From contig CAWIIV010000023.1 in NCBI GenBank assembly GCA_963836205.1, positions 1-64,000 on the forward strand: DNA of 64,000 nucleotides, given 5' to 3'. The DNA comes from an uncultured Acidimicrobiia bacterium (GTDB lineage Bacteria > Actinomycetota > Acidimicrobiia > Acidimicrobiales > AC-14). This document shows positions 11,081 through 21,172 of the stretch, in pieces. The notes beneath the pieces are model-generated. The model was given only the letters and a program-made list of their open reading frames with translations. It was not told the DNA's origin and did no database searches. How positions within the stretch are numbered: position 1 is the first letter of the stretch; each line of letters starts with the position of its first letter. The translations under genes and the position numbers were made by a program.

Positions 11081-11938
11081 GTGACAACACCCGTGGACGA
11101 AACCCCTGTGGTCTGGCAATCCGAGGGCGACTGGCACGACATCCGCTACCAGGTGGCGGAGGTCGGTCCGGGCGGCGGACGAGTGGCCAAGATCACCATC
11201 AACCGGCCCGAGGTGCGCAACGCCTTCCGGCCGTTGACCGTGGTCGAGATGATCAAGGCGTTCGACCTCGCCCGTGACGACCCCACGGTGGGCGTGATCA
11301 TCCTCACCGGCGAGGGGCCGCTCGCCTTCTGTTCCGGCGGCGACCAAAAGGTGCGGGGCGACGACGGCTACGTCGACGCCCACGGCATCGGCCGGCTCAA
11401 CGTCCTCGACCTCCAGATCCAGATCCGACGCCTGCCCAAGCCGGTGATCGCCATGGTGGCCGGCTACGCCATCGGCGGCGGTCACGTGCTGCATCTGGTG
11501 TGCGACCTCACCATCGCCGCCGACAACGCCCGCTTCGGCCAGACCGGGCCCCGGGTGGGCTCGTTCGACGGCGGCTACGGGGCCGGCCTGCTGGCCCGGA
11601 TCGTGGGCCAGAAGAAGGCCAAGGAGATCTGGTTCCTGTGCGACCAGTACGACGCCGCCGCCGCGTTGGAGATGGGCCTCGTCAACACCGTCGTCCCGTT
11701 GGAGCGGCTGGAGGAGGAGACGGTGGCCTGGTGCCGCAAGATCCTCCGCCACAGCCCGTTGTCGCTGCGCCTGCTCAAGGCCGGGTTCGCGGCCGACACC
11801 GACGGCCTGGCCGGCATCCAGCAGCTGGCCGGCGACGCCACCCTGCTCTATTACCTGTCGGAGGAGGCCCAGGAGGGCCGCGACGCCTACGTCCAGAAGC
11901 GCCCGCCCGACTTCGGCCGCTTCCCGAAGCGCCCGTGA
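11081..11938 (+). CDS. menB: 1,4-dihydroxy-2-naphthoyl-CoA synthase
   Basis: [51 protein letters not shown]. Confidence 0.96.
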   Translation: MTTPVDETPVVWQSEGDWHDIRYQVAEVGPGGGRVAKITINRPEVRNAFRPLTVVEMIKAFDLARDDPTVGVIILTGEGPLAFCSGGDQKVRGDDGYVDAHGIGRLNVLDLQIQIRRLPKPVIAMVAGYAIGGGHVLHLVCDLTIAADNARFGQTGPRVGSFDGGYGAGLLARIVGQKKAKEIWFLCDQYDAAAALEMGLVNTVVPLERLEEETVAWCRKILRHSPLSLRLLKAGFAADTDGLAGIQQLAGDATLLYYLSEEAQEGRDAYVQKRPPDFGRFPKRP

Positions 11939-11968
11939 GCGGCCCCGGCCCCGGCCCCGGCCTCGGCC

Positions 11969-12022
11969 CCGAACTGGTGACGTTCGGCGGGGTCCTGGCC
12001 CCGCATTCCGTCACCAATTCGG
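11969..12022. repeat. REP-like palindrome (CCGAACTGGTGACG-N26-CGTCACCAATTCGG), preceded by GGCCCC hexamer repeats
   Basis: Imperfect inverted repeat with an inner stem; homologous to the copies at 53262-53440. Confidence 0.75.
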
Positions 12023-12035
12023 TGCGGACGGCGGC

Positions 12036-12903
12036 GTGAGCCTGGGCCTCTGGTACCAGGGCGCCCGGCCCAAGACGCTGGGCGCCTCGGTGGCGCCGGT
12101 GCTGGTGGGCACCGCCGTCGCCTCCCGGTACGGCGACGTGATCTGGTACCGGGCCGGGTTGTGCCTGGTGGTGTCGGTGGCCCTCCAGGTGGGGGTGAAC
12201 TACGCCAACGACTACTCCGACGGCGTGCGGGGGGTCGACAAGGAGCGGCGGGGACCGGTGCGGCTGACCGCCTCCGGACTCAAGGCGCCGGCCGCCGTGA
12301 AGCGGGCCGCCTTCCTCGCCCTGGGGGTGGCGGCGGCCGCGGGCGTGGCCCTCGCCCTGGCCGTCAACCCGTGGATGCTCGCCGTGGGGGCGGCGTCGAT
12401 CGCGGCGGCGGCCCTCTACAGCGGGGGACCCAAGCCTTACGCCTCGGCGGGGATGGGCGAGCTCATGGTCTTCGTCTTCTTCGGGCTGGTGGCCACGTGC
12501 GGGTCGGCCTACGTCCACCTCGAGCGGGTGCCGTGGCTGGCGGTGGCGACATCGGTTCCGGTGGGACTGCTGGCGTGCGCCATCCTCCTGGTCAACAACC
12601 TCCGCGACATCGAGAGCGACCGGGCCACCGGCAAGCGGACCCTGGCCGTCCGCATCGGGGCGGCCCGCACGGTCGAGCCTCTACCGGGCCGCGGTGACGG
12701 GGTCGGTCGTGGTGGTCGCGGGGATGGCGGCGGTCGCCCCCGGCGCGCTCCTGGCTCTGGCGGTCATGCCCCTCGCCGCCCGGCCCCTTCGGGCGACGAG
12801 GGTGGGGGCACCGCCGCCGGTGCTCGTCGGCGCCCTCGTCGGCACCGCCCGGCTCCAACTCGTCCTCTCGGTCCTCCTGGCCGCCGGGTTGGCGTGGAAC
12901 TAG
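12036..12903 (+). CDS. menA: DHNA prenyltransferase; one frameshift near 12678 (probable sequencing error)
   Basis: ARPKTL, NYANDYSDG, NNLRDIESD...GKRTLAV; C-terminal TMs continue in the 12694-12903 frame. Confidence 0.88.
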
Positions 12904-13775
12904 CCGTCCGCCTGCCCCTGCGCACGCCGCTCGGCGGGCTCCCGTACCGCGACGTGATCCTCGTCCAGGGGCCCTCGGGGTGGGGAGAGATCTCGCCCCT
13001 CCCCGGCTACCCGTGCGCCCCCGCCCGGGCCCGGGCCGCGGCCGACGAGGCCGCGTCCGGCGAGTGGCCGCAGGCCCGGCGGGACGCCATCCGGGTGAAC
13101 GCGATCGTCCCCGCGGTCGGTCCGGACGAGGCCGCGGCCATGGCCGCCGGACACAGCGCGGTGAAGGTCAAGGTGGGCGACGCCGGCGACGTCGACCGGG
13201 TGGCCGCGGTGCGCTCCGCCATCGGGCCGGCCGGCACCATCCGGGTCGACGCCAACGGGTCGTGGGACGTCGAGACCGCCCTGGCCACCATCGCCCGCCT
13301 CGCCTCTTACGACCTCGAGTTCGTCGAGCAGCCGGTCGCCACCATCGACGACCTGGCGGTGGTCCGCCGGCTGACGACGGTCGCCATCGCCGCCGACGAG
13401 TGCGTGCGCAGCATCGACGACGCCCGCCGGCTGCGGCGGCTCGACGCGGCCGACATCCTCGTCCTCAAGGTCCAGCCCCTGGGGGGTGTGGCCGCCGCGC
13501 TCGCCATCGCCGAGGCGGCGGGCCTTCCCGCGCTGGTGTCGTCGATGTTCGAGAGCTCCGTGGGACTGGCCGCTGGAGTGGCTCTGGCCGCGGCCCTGCC
13601 CGACCTGCCCTACGCCTGTGGCCTGGGCAGCGCGTTGCTCCTCGCGGCCGACGTGGTCGCCGACCCCCTGGTGCCGGTGGACGGCTGGCTGCCCGTGCGC
13701 CGGGTGGTGCCCGACCCCGAGCTGCTGGCCCGGTACTCGGTGGCGTCGGTGGGCACCGCGGGGGACCCGTCGTGA
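12894..13775 (+). CDS. menC: o-succinylbenzoate synthase
   Basis: Enolase-superfamily KVKVG, RVDANGSW, EQP, AADE, LKVQPLGG. Confidence 0.9.
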   Translation: MELAVRLPLRTPLGGLPYRDVILVQGPSGWGEISPLPGYPCAPARARAAADEAASGEWPQARRDAIRVNAIVPAVGPDEAAAMAAGHSAVKVKVGDAGDVDRVAAVRSAIGPAGTIRVDANGSWDVETALATIARLASYDLEFVEQPVATIDDLAVVRRLTTVAIAADECVRSIDDARRLRRLDAADILVLKVQPLGGVAAALAIAEAAGLPALVSSMFESSVGLAAGVALAAALPDLPYACGLGSALLLAADVVADPLVPVDGWLPVRRVVPDPELLARYSVASVGTAGDPS

Positions 13776-14539
13776 ACCGCCTTGGGATCGAGCGCGGTCC
13801 ACACCAGCCGGCAGAAGGCGTCGGGCTGCTCCAGGTGAGCCGCATGGCCGCAGCCGGGGAGGATGACGGCGCGGGCATTGGCCCCGATGGCGGCCGACAT
13901 GCGCTCGCTGGCGATTGTGAACTTGGCGTCGAGCTCGCCCGCCACCAGCAGCACCGGCATCTGCAACTCCGGCAGGCGTGCCCACAGGGGCTCCTGGACC
14001 CCCACGCCGAGCGCCCGCAGCGCGGTCGCCAGCCCGTGGGCCGGGTTCGCCCGCCGGGCGGCCAGATCCTCCTCGGTCGGGGTCAGGGTGGCGAACATGC
14101 GCTGTCCCAGCCACCGGCGGAGGAACACGGCGGTGCCGACCTTCTCGATGTCGTCGGCCAGCTGCTCGTCGGCCCGGCGGCGGATGGTCCGCTCGCCCTC
14201 CGTCGACAGCCCCGGCGAGCCTCCGACGAGCACGAGTGCCCGCACCAGCTCGGGCCGGTCAAGAGCCAGCCGCAGGCACAGCCGGGCGCCCATGGAGTAG
14301 CCGATGTAGACGCACCGCCCGCCGACGTCGCCGATGGCCGACACGGTGTCGTCGAAGCTCATGGCGGCGGCGGCCGAGCGTCCGTGGCCGGGGAGGTCGA
14401 CCCGCACCACCTCGAAGGCGGCGGCGAACAGGCGGGCCACCTCTCCCCACGACCGCCCGGTCTGGGTGAACCCGTGGACAAGGGTGAGCCGGGGCCCGGC
14501 GCCCTCGACCGTCCCGGAGAGCCCAATCCCGGAGAGCAT
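13610..14539 (-). CDS. menH: SHCHC synthase, alpha/beta hydrolase
   Basis: VHGFTQTGRSW, DLPGHG, GYSMGAR, GELDAKF, GHAAHLEQP; 3' end uncertain (overlaps menC). Confidence 0.85.
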   Translation of the reverse strand: MLSGIGLSGTVEGAGPRLTLVHGFTQTGRSWGEVARLFAAAFEVVRVDLPGHGRSAAAAMSFDDTVSAIGDVGGRCVYIGYSMGARLCLRLALDRPELVRALVLVGGSPGLSTEGERTIRRRADEQLADDIEKVGTAVFLRRWLGQRMFATLTPTEEDLAARRANPAHGLATALRALGVGVQEPLWARLPELQMPVLLVAGELDAKFTIASERMSAAIGANARAVILPGCGHAAHLEQPDAFCRLVWTALDPKAVHDGSPAVPTDATEYRASSSGSGTTRRTGSQPSTGTRGSATTSAARSNALPRPQA

Positions 14540-14553
14540 CGGTCGATGATGGC

Positions 14554-16268
14554 ATGACCGGCTCGGTTCAGGCGGTCTTCGCCCGCACCCTGGTGGACGA
14601 GTGGGCTCGGGGCGGCGTCGAGGTCGCCGCCGTCTCCCCCGGCTCCCGGTCGACCCCCCTCGCCCTCGCCCTCCTCTCCGACCCCCGCATCCGGGTGGAG
14701 GTCTTCCTCGACGAACGGTCGGCCGCCTTCTTCGCGGTGGGCGTCGGACGGGCCTCGGGCCGGCCCGCGGTCGTGCTGTGCACGTCGGGGACGGCGGCGG
14801 CCAATTTCCACCCCGCGGTCCTGGAGGCGTTGCACGGACGGGTGCCCCTGGTGGTCGCCACCGCCGACCGTCCCCCCGAGCTGCGGGACACCGGCGCCGG
14901 CCAGGCCACCGACCAGATCAAGCTCTACGGCGCATCGGTGCGGTGGTTCTGCGAGGTGGGGACGGCCGAGGTCGACGACCCCACCTACTGGCGGTCGGTG
15001 GCGGCCCGGTCGGTGGCGGAGGCATCGGGGCCACCGGCCGGTCCCGTCCACCTCAACCTCGCCTTCCGGGAACCGCTCGTGCCCGCGGGGGAGAACGTGG
15101 CCGTCGGTGAGGGCCGTCCGGGGAGACGCCCGTGGGTGACGACCGCGGTCGGCCCGGCCCTCCCCGACGACGACGAGGTGGACGGGCTGGCGGCGGCGGT
15201 GGCGGCCGCGCCCCGGGGCCTGCTGGTGGCGGGGTGGGGGGCGGGCGTGTCGGCCGACGTGGTCGGGCGCTTCGCGGCCGCCGCCGGGTGGCCCGTGCTC
15301 GCCGACGCCATCTCAGGCGTGCGCACCGGCCCCCACGCCGTCTCCACCTACGACGCCCTGTTGCGGGTGCCGGCGGTGGCCGAGCGCCTTCGGCCCGACC
15401 TGGTGGTCCACGTGGGGGCGCCCCTCACCGGCAAGGTGGCGACCGCGTGGCTCGACGCGGGCGTCCCCCGGGTCGTCGTCGACCCCGAGCGGGCCTGGCT
15501 CGACCCCCACCGGGGGGCGTCGGAGCGGGTGGTGGCCGATCCCGCCGCCCTCCTCGACGCCCTCGCCGACCGGTTGGAGGGGTACGGGTCGGCGAGTCGC
15601 TCGTCGTGGCTGACGGCGTGGCTCGACGCCGAGGCCACCGCCCGGGCCGCCATCGACGGGTGGCTCGACACCGACGACACGCCGTCCGAAGCCCGGGTAG
15701 CCCGTGACCTGGTCGACTGCCTGCCGGACGGGGCCTCCTTGGTGGTGGGTTCGAGCATGCCGGTCCGCGATGTCGAGTCCTTCGCCCGGCCCCGCGGCGG
15801 GGTGCGGTTCCACTCCAACCGGGGCGTCAACGGCATCGACGGGTTCGTGTCCACCGTGCTCGGGGTGGCCGCGGGGGGCGACAGGCCCGTGGTGGCGTTG
15901 TGCGGCGACCTCACGTTCCTCCACGACGGGGGTGGGCTGCTGGAGGCTGCGGGTCGCGACCTCGACGCGGTCCTGGTGGTGGTCGACAACCGGGGCGGCG
16001 GGATCTTCTCCTTCCTGCCCCAGGCCGCACTCCCCTCGGCCCAGTTCGAGACCCTGTGGGGGACGCCGCACCACCTCGACCTGGCGGCCTTGTGCGGCGT
16101 CCACGGCATCCCCGCCATTCGGGTCGAGCGGGCGTCGGACCTGGCTCCGGCGGTGACGGCGGCTATCGAGGCGGTGGTGTGCGGGTTGTGATCGTGACCA
16201 CCGACCGGGAGGCCAACGTCGCCCACCACCGGGCCGCCCACAAGGCGGTGGCCGAGGCCCTGGCGTGA
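14554..16268 (+). CDS. menD: SEPHCHC synthase; frameshift near 16175 (probable error)
   Basis: SPGSRSTPL, DERSAAF, CTSGTAAAN, NRGVNGIDG, GDLTFLHD, GGGIFSFLP; C-terminus GGVRVVIVTTDRE in the shifted frame. Confidence 0.93.
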
Positions 16269-16850
16269 TCGGATCGGTCCGGCGCCATCCGATGGTGACG
16301 GCGGTCGTGGTCACCTACCTGGTGGCGGTGGGTGCGTACGGCCTGGTCAACCGGTCCCGCCTGGCCGTTCCCTACATCGTGATCGTGGCCGTCGCCTTCG
16401 TGGGCCTGGCCGTGGCCGACGACCGCTTCCGCTTCCACCGGGTGGTGCTGGTGGGTCTGACCCTCTGGGGCGCCGGACACCTGTGCGGTGGCATCGTCGA
16501 GCTCGACGGTGGCGACCGCATCCTCTACAACGCCGTCGTCGCCCGCTGGTTCCACTTCGACAACGTCGTCCACTTCGTCGGCTTCGGCACCGCCGGCCTC
16601 GCCTGCTGGCACGCCCTGAGGGTCCGATGGATCGGTGACGTCGAGGTGGGTCCGGTGGCTACCGTCGTCGTTCGTGGCGTTGCTGGGCTGCGGGGTCGGT
16701 GCGGTCAACGAGGTGCTCGAGTTCGCCTACACGCTGGCCGTGGCTGACAGCCAGGTCGGCGGCTACCAGAACACCGGCCGCGATCTGGTCGCCAACCTCC
16801 TCGGCGGCCTGACGGCGGGCGTGTACGCATGTGGTGGCGCGGAGCACGTC
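16265..16850 (+). CDS. Membrane protein (DUF2238-like), frameshift near 16640, 3' end uncertain
   Basis: H...GG...Y, FDNVVHFVG, then GAVNEVLEF...GGYQNTGRDLVAN in another frame. Confidence 0.6.
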
Positions 16851-16957
16851 GCCCACCCGATCCTGCATGACGCGAAGGTCATGTCGGACCGACCCGCCTT
16901 GCACCTGGGGGCCCGCCGCAAGGCCTCAAACGGCCGAACGCCAAACGCAACGAGATG

Positions 16958-19900
16958 TCACGAGTCGGAGGGACCCCCACCATCCGCGGCACCCCGCTGC
17001 TCGATCCGACGCATCACGGTGATGAGGACCGCCGTATCGGCGGAGTCGAGACCTTCCCATTCGACATCGGCGGCGCCGTCGGCGAGCTGGCGTAGGCGGG
17101 CGGCGAGAGCCGTCCAGCCTTTCTCGGCACCCTCGTCGAGGCTGGCTGCGACCTCGGTGGCGACTTCCTCGAGCGCCGGCGCGAGGGGGGTGCCGGCCCG
17201 GCGGGCGGCCGCGATCGCGGCCACTGCGTCTAGTAGGGGGGCCCAATCTTCGGGGGCGGGATCGGGCTCGACCTCGCCGGCAAGGGCGGCCAGGGCCCGG
17301 GATACGATGGTGGTGTCGATCGGATCGAGGCCCTCGCCGAGGAGTGAGGGGTCACGTTCGCCGTCGGAGACGCGGCTCAGGCGCTCGGCCAGTGACCTCC
17401 AGTCGGGCTGCTCGGACCGTCGTGCGAGCTCGGCGTCGAGATGGGCCCGGGCGTAGGTGTTGCCGGAACTGGCGGCGACAAGCAGGGCCAGAGTGGGTTC
17501 CCAGCCGGCAATCTCGAAGGCGTAGAGCGCCTCGACCGGCAGTTGCCGGGCGTCATCGATGACGGTGGCCAGGACATGGGTGCCGTCGCCCCCAAGAGCC
17601 TCGACCAGGGCTCGGAATTGGACCCCATCGACAACCTCGACAGCCAGGCACAGCTCGTCGAAGCTGGCCGGGGCGCTGACGCCGGAAGCGAGCTGGCGGG
17701 CGACAACGGCCACATCGGAGGGATAGTCGCCGTGGCCGGTGAGCAGGCTCAGCATTGTCGAGGCCAAACGGTGGCCGAGGCTCGCCCCCTCCCCGCCCCC
17801 TCGATCCAGGTAGTTGGCCAGGTTGTAGTGCGAGACGGCCACCTCCCTGGGCCCGGGCCGCAGGTACTTGTAGCGCAGAGCCCGACGCTCGAGGACGACG
17901 GCCTGGGGGCCGAAGCCCTGCTTGTCGGCGACATCGGCTTGGGCGCAGAGGCACTGTCCGAGGAGGTCGAAGGCGTCGTGGCGCTCGAACACAACCCGGC
18001 AGTCGGCGAGCACAGCGCTCGTCTCGGCAATGCGGCCGAGACGCAGGAGGGGTCCGTAAGCGTTGAAGAGGGCGCTGGCCCGTTCGAGCTCCGGAGCGTC
18101 GCGGTCCTGTTCGCTCGCGACGACACGCTCGAGCCAGGCCAGTGCCTCCTGCCAGCGGCCGAGGTCGGCGGCGGCTTGCCGTGCTGTGTCGAACAGCATC
18201 TCCCGCACGTTCCAGGGGTTGACCGCCTCGTTGTCGGTGGGCGGATCGGGCAGCTCCCCGAGGTGCTCGGCCGACCGGGTGGCCTCGTCCAGAACCCGCT
18301 CGTATTGGCCGAGGGCGCGCAGGACCTGGAGACGCTTGATCTGGTTGAGAAGCTGGGTCCAGGGGCCGAGGCCGGCGGCCCGAATGTGGCCCGTAGTACG
18401 ATCGATCACGTCCAGGGTCTCCCGATATCGGCCCTGCGCCATGAGCAGGTTTGCCAAGTCGCTAGAGGTGCCCGCCGCCAGTTGGTGGCGGCCGGCGGCG
18501 GCGGCTTCGTCGTCCGCCTCGACCCGGCGCATGAGTCTTTCTGCCTCGGTCGGGTCGATATCCCGGAGGGCCCTGGCGAGTACACCCAGCGCGAGTAGCT
18601 CGGCCTCGGTGCCGACGGCCTTGGTGGCGATGTGGCGCAGCTGGCGGGCGCCGTCCGCCCGTCCCGCCGGGGAGGGATCCCGTAGGAGCACCTCCTCCAG
18701 CGCGGCCTGGGCCCTCATCCAGTCCCGCAGCCGGATGAAGTAGATGGCACCTTGGCGGGCGGCGTGGATGACCCATCCGGTGGTGGGCTGGCCTGCGGCC
18801 TCGTCGGCGAGGGCCTGTTGCAGGGTCGCTCCCCAGGCTGCGGCCAGCTCGGTGTCGACGGCGGCGGCGACCTCCTCAGGGGTGGCGGCAGCCACCGTCT
18901 CGGCCACGAGGGGGTGGATGGTGAAGGAACTGCCGCCGGGGTCGGCCTCGACTAGGGCCGCCGCCATCAGGGCCTGGAGCACGGGGCCGGGCTCGGGGGC
19001 GGGCTCGGGCCGTCCCAGGCGCCGCCACAGGTCCGCCCAGTTGACCCGAACCGTCTCAGGATCGCGATCGGCGGCGTCGGCCCGGACCAGGAACTGGAGC
19101 ATCAGCACGGCTGCCTCGTCGAGGCCGGCCAGGGCCTGGTTGGCCCAGGAGCCGACCAGGGCCACGTAGCCCGCCACCTTGTCGACCCCACGCCCGGCGG
19201 CGGTCAGGAAGGCCGAGGGGTCGACGCCCTGTTGTTGCCACTGCTGGGCCGCATCGGCCAGCATGGCATCCAGCACCGGTCCGGTGCCGACCTGGGCGTT
19301 GGCCAGCTCCAGCAGCTTGGGGTGCCCGCCGGTGGCCTCCAGCACCGCCCGCACCAGGGCCGGGCCGCTGTCCCGGGTGGCCACCGTCTCCCCCTTCAGC
19401 AGGCGGGACAGGTTGGGCAGCTGGCGGGCCAGCAGCACCGCCTCGTGGGGGCCGAGGGCGTGGACGGCCTCCACCGCCAGCCCGTCGAGGCCGGTCGGGG
19501 GCCGGCGGGAGGTGAGCACCACCCGGCCCCGGCCCGGGTGGGTCACCAGGGCGGTGACGAGGGCCTTCCATCTCGGGTCGAGCCAGGACCCCTGGGCCGA
19601 CAGCAGCGACTCGACGTTGTCGAGCACCACCAGCACCGAGGTGTTCTCCATGGCCTCGCTGATCTGCTCGGCCAGGGCTTCGATCTGGTCGAGCTTGTCG
19701 GCCTTACCGGCCAGGGGCAGCCTCAGGGCGGTATCGAGGCGCCCGGCCAGCTTGCCCAGGGCGTCGGCCGCCTCCTTGTCGGTGCCGGTGCCCTCGTTGG
19801 GGCAGCGGCACCACACCAGCTCGGCGAAGTTGCCCCGCTGGCCGTAGGCCAGCTCCAGCGCACAGGCGGTCTTGCCCGCTCCGGCCATGCCGTGCAGCAC

Positions 19901-21172
19901 CACCCCCCGCTGGGGGCTGTGGCGGGCCAGGGCGGCGTTGGCCCGGGTCATGACCGCCACCCGGCCCACGAAGCGGGCCGGCTCGGCGTCGAAGCCGGCC
20001 ATCTTGAGGTCGGTCTGGGGGGTCCCCTCCGGCGGGGCCAGGTGCAGGGCGCCCGCCGCGGGGCCGAAGACGGCGGGGGTGAAGGCGGCCAGCGCGGGGG
20101 CGGCCGCGGTGGGGGGGAACGTGACTGAGCGCTCAAGGGCCCAGGCGGTGGCGGCGGCGGTGTCCTTGCCCTTGTCCCACAGGCCCCGGAACAGGGCCAG
20201 GCCGAAGGCGATGGCGAAGTCGTCGACCACCGGGTAGCGCATGGCCACCACCGTGGTCTCGGCCCTGTCCATCACCTCCAGGGCCAGGCCGTGGCTGGCC
20301 CCCACCGTGGGCTCGGGGGCCAGGTCGTGGGCCTCGACGTCCATGTCCTTGAGGGTCTGGGCCACCACGAAGGCGCCGCTGGAGCAGGCCGACAGGCTCA
20401 CCAGCTTGAGCCGGTGGCGGGCCTTGCGCAGCCACTTCACCAGCTCGGCGGTGTCGACCACGGTGGGCTTGCCGGCCTCGTCCTCCAGCATCAGGCGGCC
20501 GGGCTCGCCGTGGCCGGCGAAGTGGACCACGTCCCAGCCCTCGTCCTCGTCGAGGGCCTCCCGCAGGCGCTCGGCGGTGGCCCCGTATTGCAGCACCCGC
20601 AGGTCCAGGGCCCGGGGTGTGCCCCCGCCCGCCACTTCGGCCACCAGCTCGCCCAGGCCCTTGCGCTCCCGGCGCAGGTCGAGCAGGGACTGGCCGGCTG
20701 GGACGGAGAACACGGCCAGGACCCGCAGGCGCTCGCCGACGGGGTCCTTCGCCACCACCTCCTGGCCCTCGAAGGAGCCGGCGAAGGCCACCCCGTGGGT
20801 GACCAGGTACTCGCCCCCCACCCGGGCCACCCCCAGGGGCAGGCCCAGCAGCCACGGCGCGGAGGCGGGGACCAGCACCGACACCGCCACCGGCGCCCGA
20901 TCGGCCAGGATCGCGGCCAGCGGGCCCAGCACCTTGTCGGCCGTCCAGTCCCCCACCTGGGCCACCAGCTTCTCCTCCGAGCCCAGCTGGTCGGCGGGGT
21001 CGAGGTGGGTGGACAGGCCGGTGGGCAGGTCGGCCAGGGCCTGCCACTCCCACGAGGACACCTGGACGCCCACCTGATGGTGGGCGATCAACTTGTCGCC
21101 AGGACCGAGGAGCCGCCACAGCCACGAGCCCCGCCCCCCCACCTCGCTCGCCACCAGCCGCAAACCCGCCAT
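16958..21172 (-). CDS. CHAT (caspase-like) - STAND/NB-ARC-like NTPase - TPR protein, copy 1 (1404 aa)
   Basis: Catalytic VVHFAGHG and LSACSSG; Walker A HGMAGAGKT, Walker B LVVLDNVE, LTSRR, GGHPKLL; TPR-like helices. Confidence 0.9.
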   Translation of the reverse strand: MAGLRLVASEVGGRGSWLWRLLGPGDKLIAHHQVGVQVSSWEWQALADLPTGLSTHLDPADQLGSEEKLVAQVGDWTADKVLGPLAAILADRAPVAVSVLVPASAPWLLGLPLGVARVGGEYLVTHGVAFAGSFEGQEVVAKDPVGERLRVLAVFSVPAGQSLLDLRRERKGLGELVAEVAGGGTPRALDLRVLQYGATAERLREALDEDEGWDVVHFAGHGEPGRLMLEDEAGKPTVVDTAELVKWLRKARHRLKLVSLSACSSGAFVVAQTLKDMDVEAHDLAPEPTVGASHGLALEVMDRAETTVVAMRYPVVDDFAIAFGLALFRGLWDKGKDTAAATAWALERSVTFPPTAAAPALAAFTPAVFGPAAGALHLAPPEGTPQTDLKMAGFDAEPARFVGRVAVMTRANAALARHSPQRGVVLHGMAGAGKTACALELAYGQRGNFAELVWCRCPNEGTGTDKEAADALGKLAGRLDTALRLPLAGKADKLDQIEALAEQISEAMENTSVLVVLDNVESLLSAQGSWLDPRWKALVTALVTHPGRGRVVLTSRRPPTGLDGLAVEAVHALGPHEAVLLARQLPNLSRLLKGETVATRDSGPALVRAVLEATGGHPKLLELANAQVGTGPVLDAMLADAAQQWQQQGVDPSAFLTAAGRGVDKVAGYVALVGSWANQALAGLDEAAVLMLQFLVRADAADRDPETVRVNWADLWRRLGRPEPAPEPGPVLQALMAAALVEADPGGSSFTIHPLVAETVAAATPEEVAAAVDTELAAAWGATLQQALADEAAGQPTTGWVIHAARQGAIYFIRLRDWMRAQAALEEVLLRDPSPAGRADGARQLRHIATKAVGTEAELLALGVLARALRDIDPTEAERLMRRVEADDEAAAAGRHQLAAGTSSDLANLLMAQGRYRETLDVIDRTTGHIRAAGLGPWTQLLNQIKRLQVLRALGQYERVLDEATRSAEHLGELPDPPTDNEAVNPWNVREMLFDTARQAAADLGRWQEALAWLERVVASEQDRDAPELERASALFNAYGPLLRLGRIAETSAVLADCRVVFERHDAFDLLGQCLCAQADVADKQGFGPQAVVLERRALRYKYLRPGPREVAVSHYNLANYLDRGGGEGASLGHRLASTMLSLLTGHGDYPSDVAVVARQLASGVSAPASFDELCLAVEVVDGVQFRALVEALGGDGTHVLATVIDDARQLPVEALYAFEIAGWEPTLALLVAASSGNTYARAHLDAELARRSEQPDWRSLAERLSRVSDGERDPSLLGEGLDPIDTTIVSRALAALAGEVEPDPAPEDWAPLLDAVAAIAAARRAGTPLAPALEEVATEVAASLDEGAEKGWTALAARLRQLADGAADVEWEGLDSADTAVLITVMRRIEQRGAADGGGPSDS

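Noticed and set aside
12036-13775. Apparent MenA-MenC fusion (579 aa)
   Set aside because: Produced by a frameshift near 12678; the MenA C-terminus is in another frame and menC has its own GTG.
13610-13775. Long convergent overlap of menH and menC
   Set aside because: The menH tail looks like non-conserved read-through and may be an error; no functional signal.
16935-16952. Second GTTGCG just after CHAT copy 1 as another intron start
   Set aside because: The following sequence does not resemble intron domain I.
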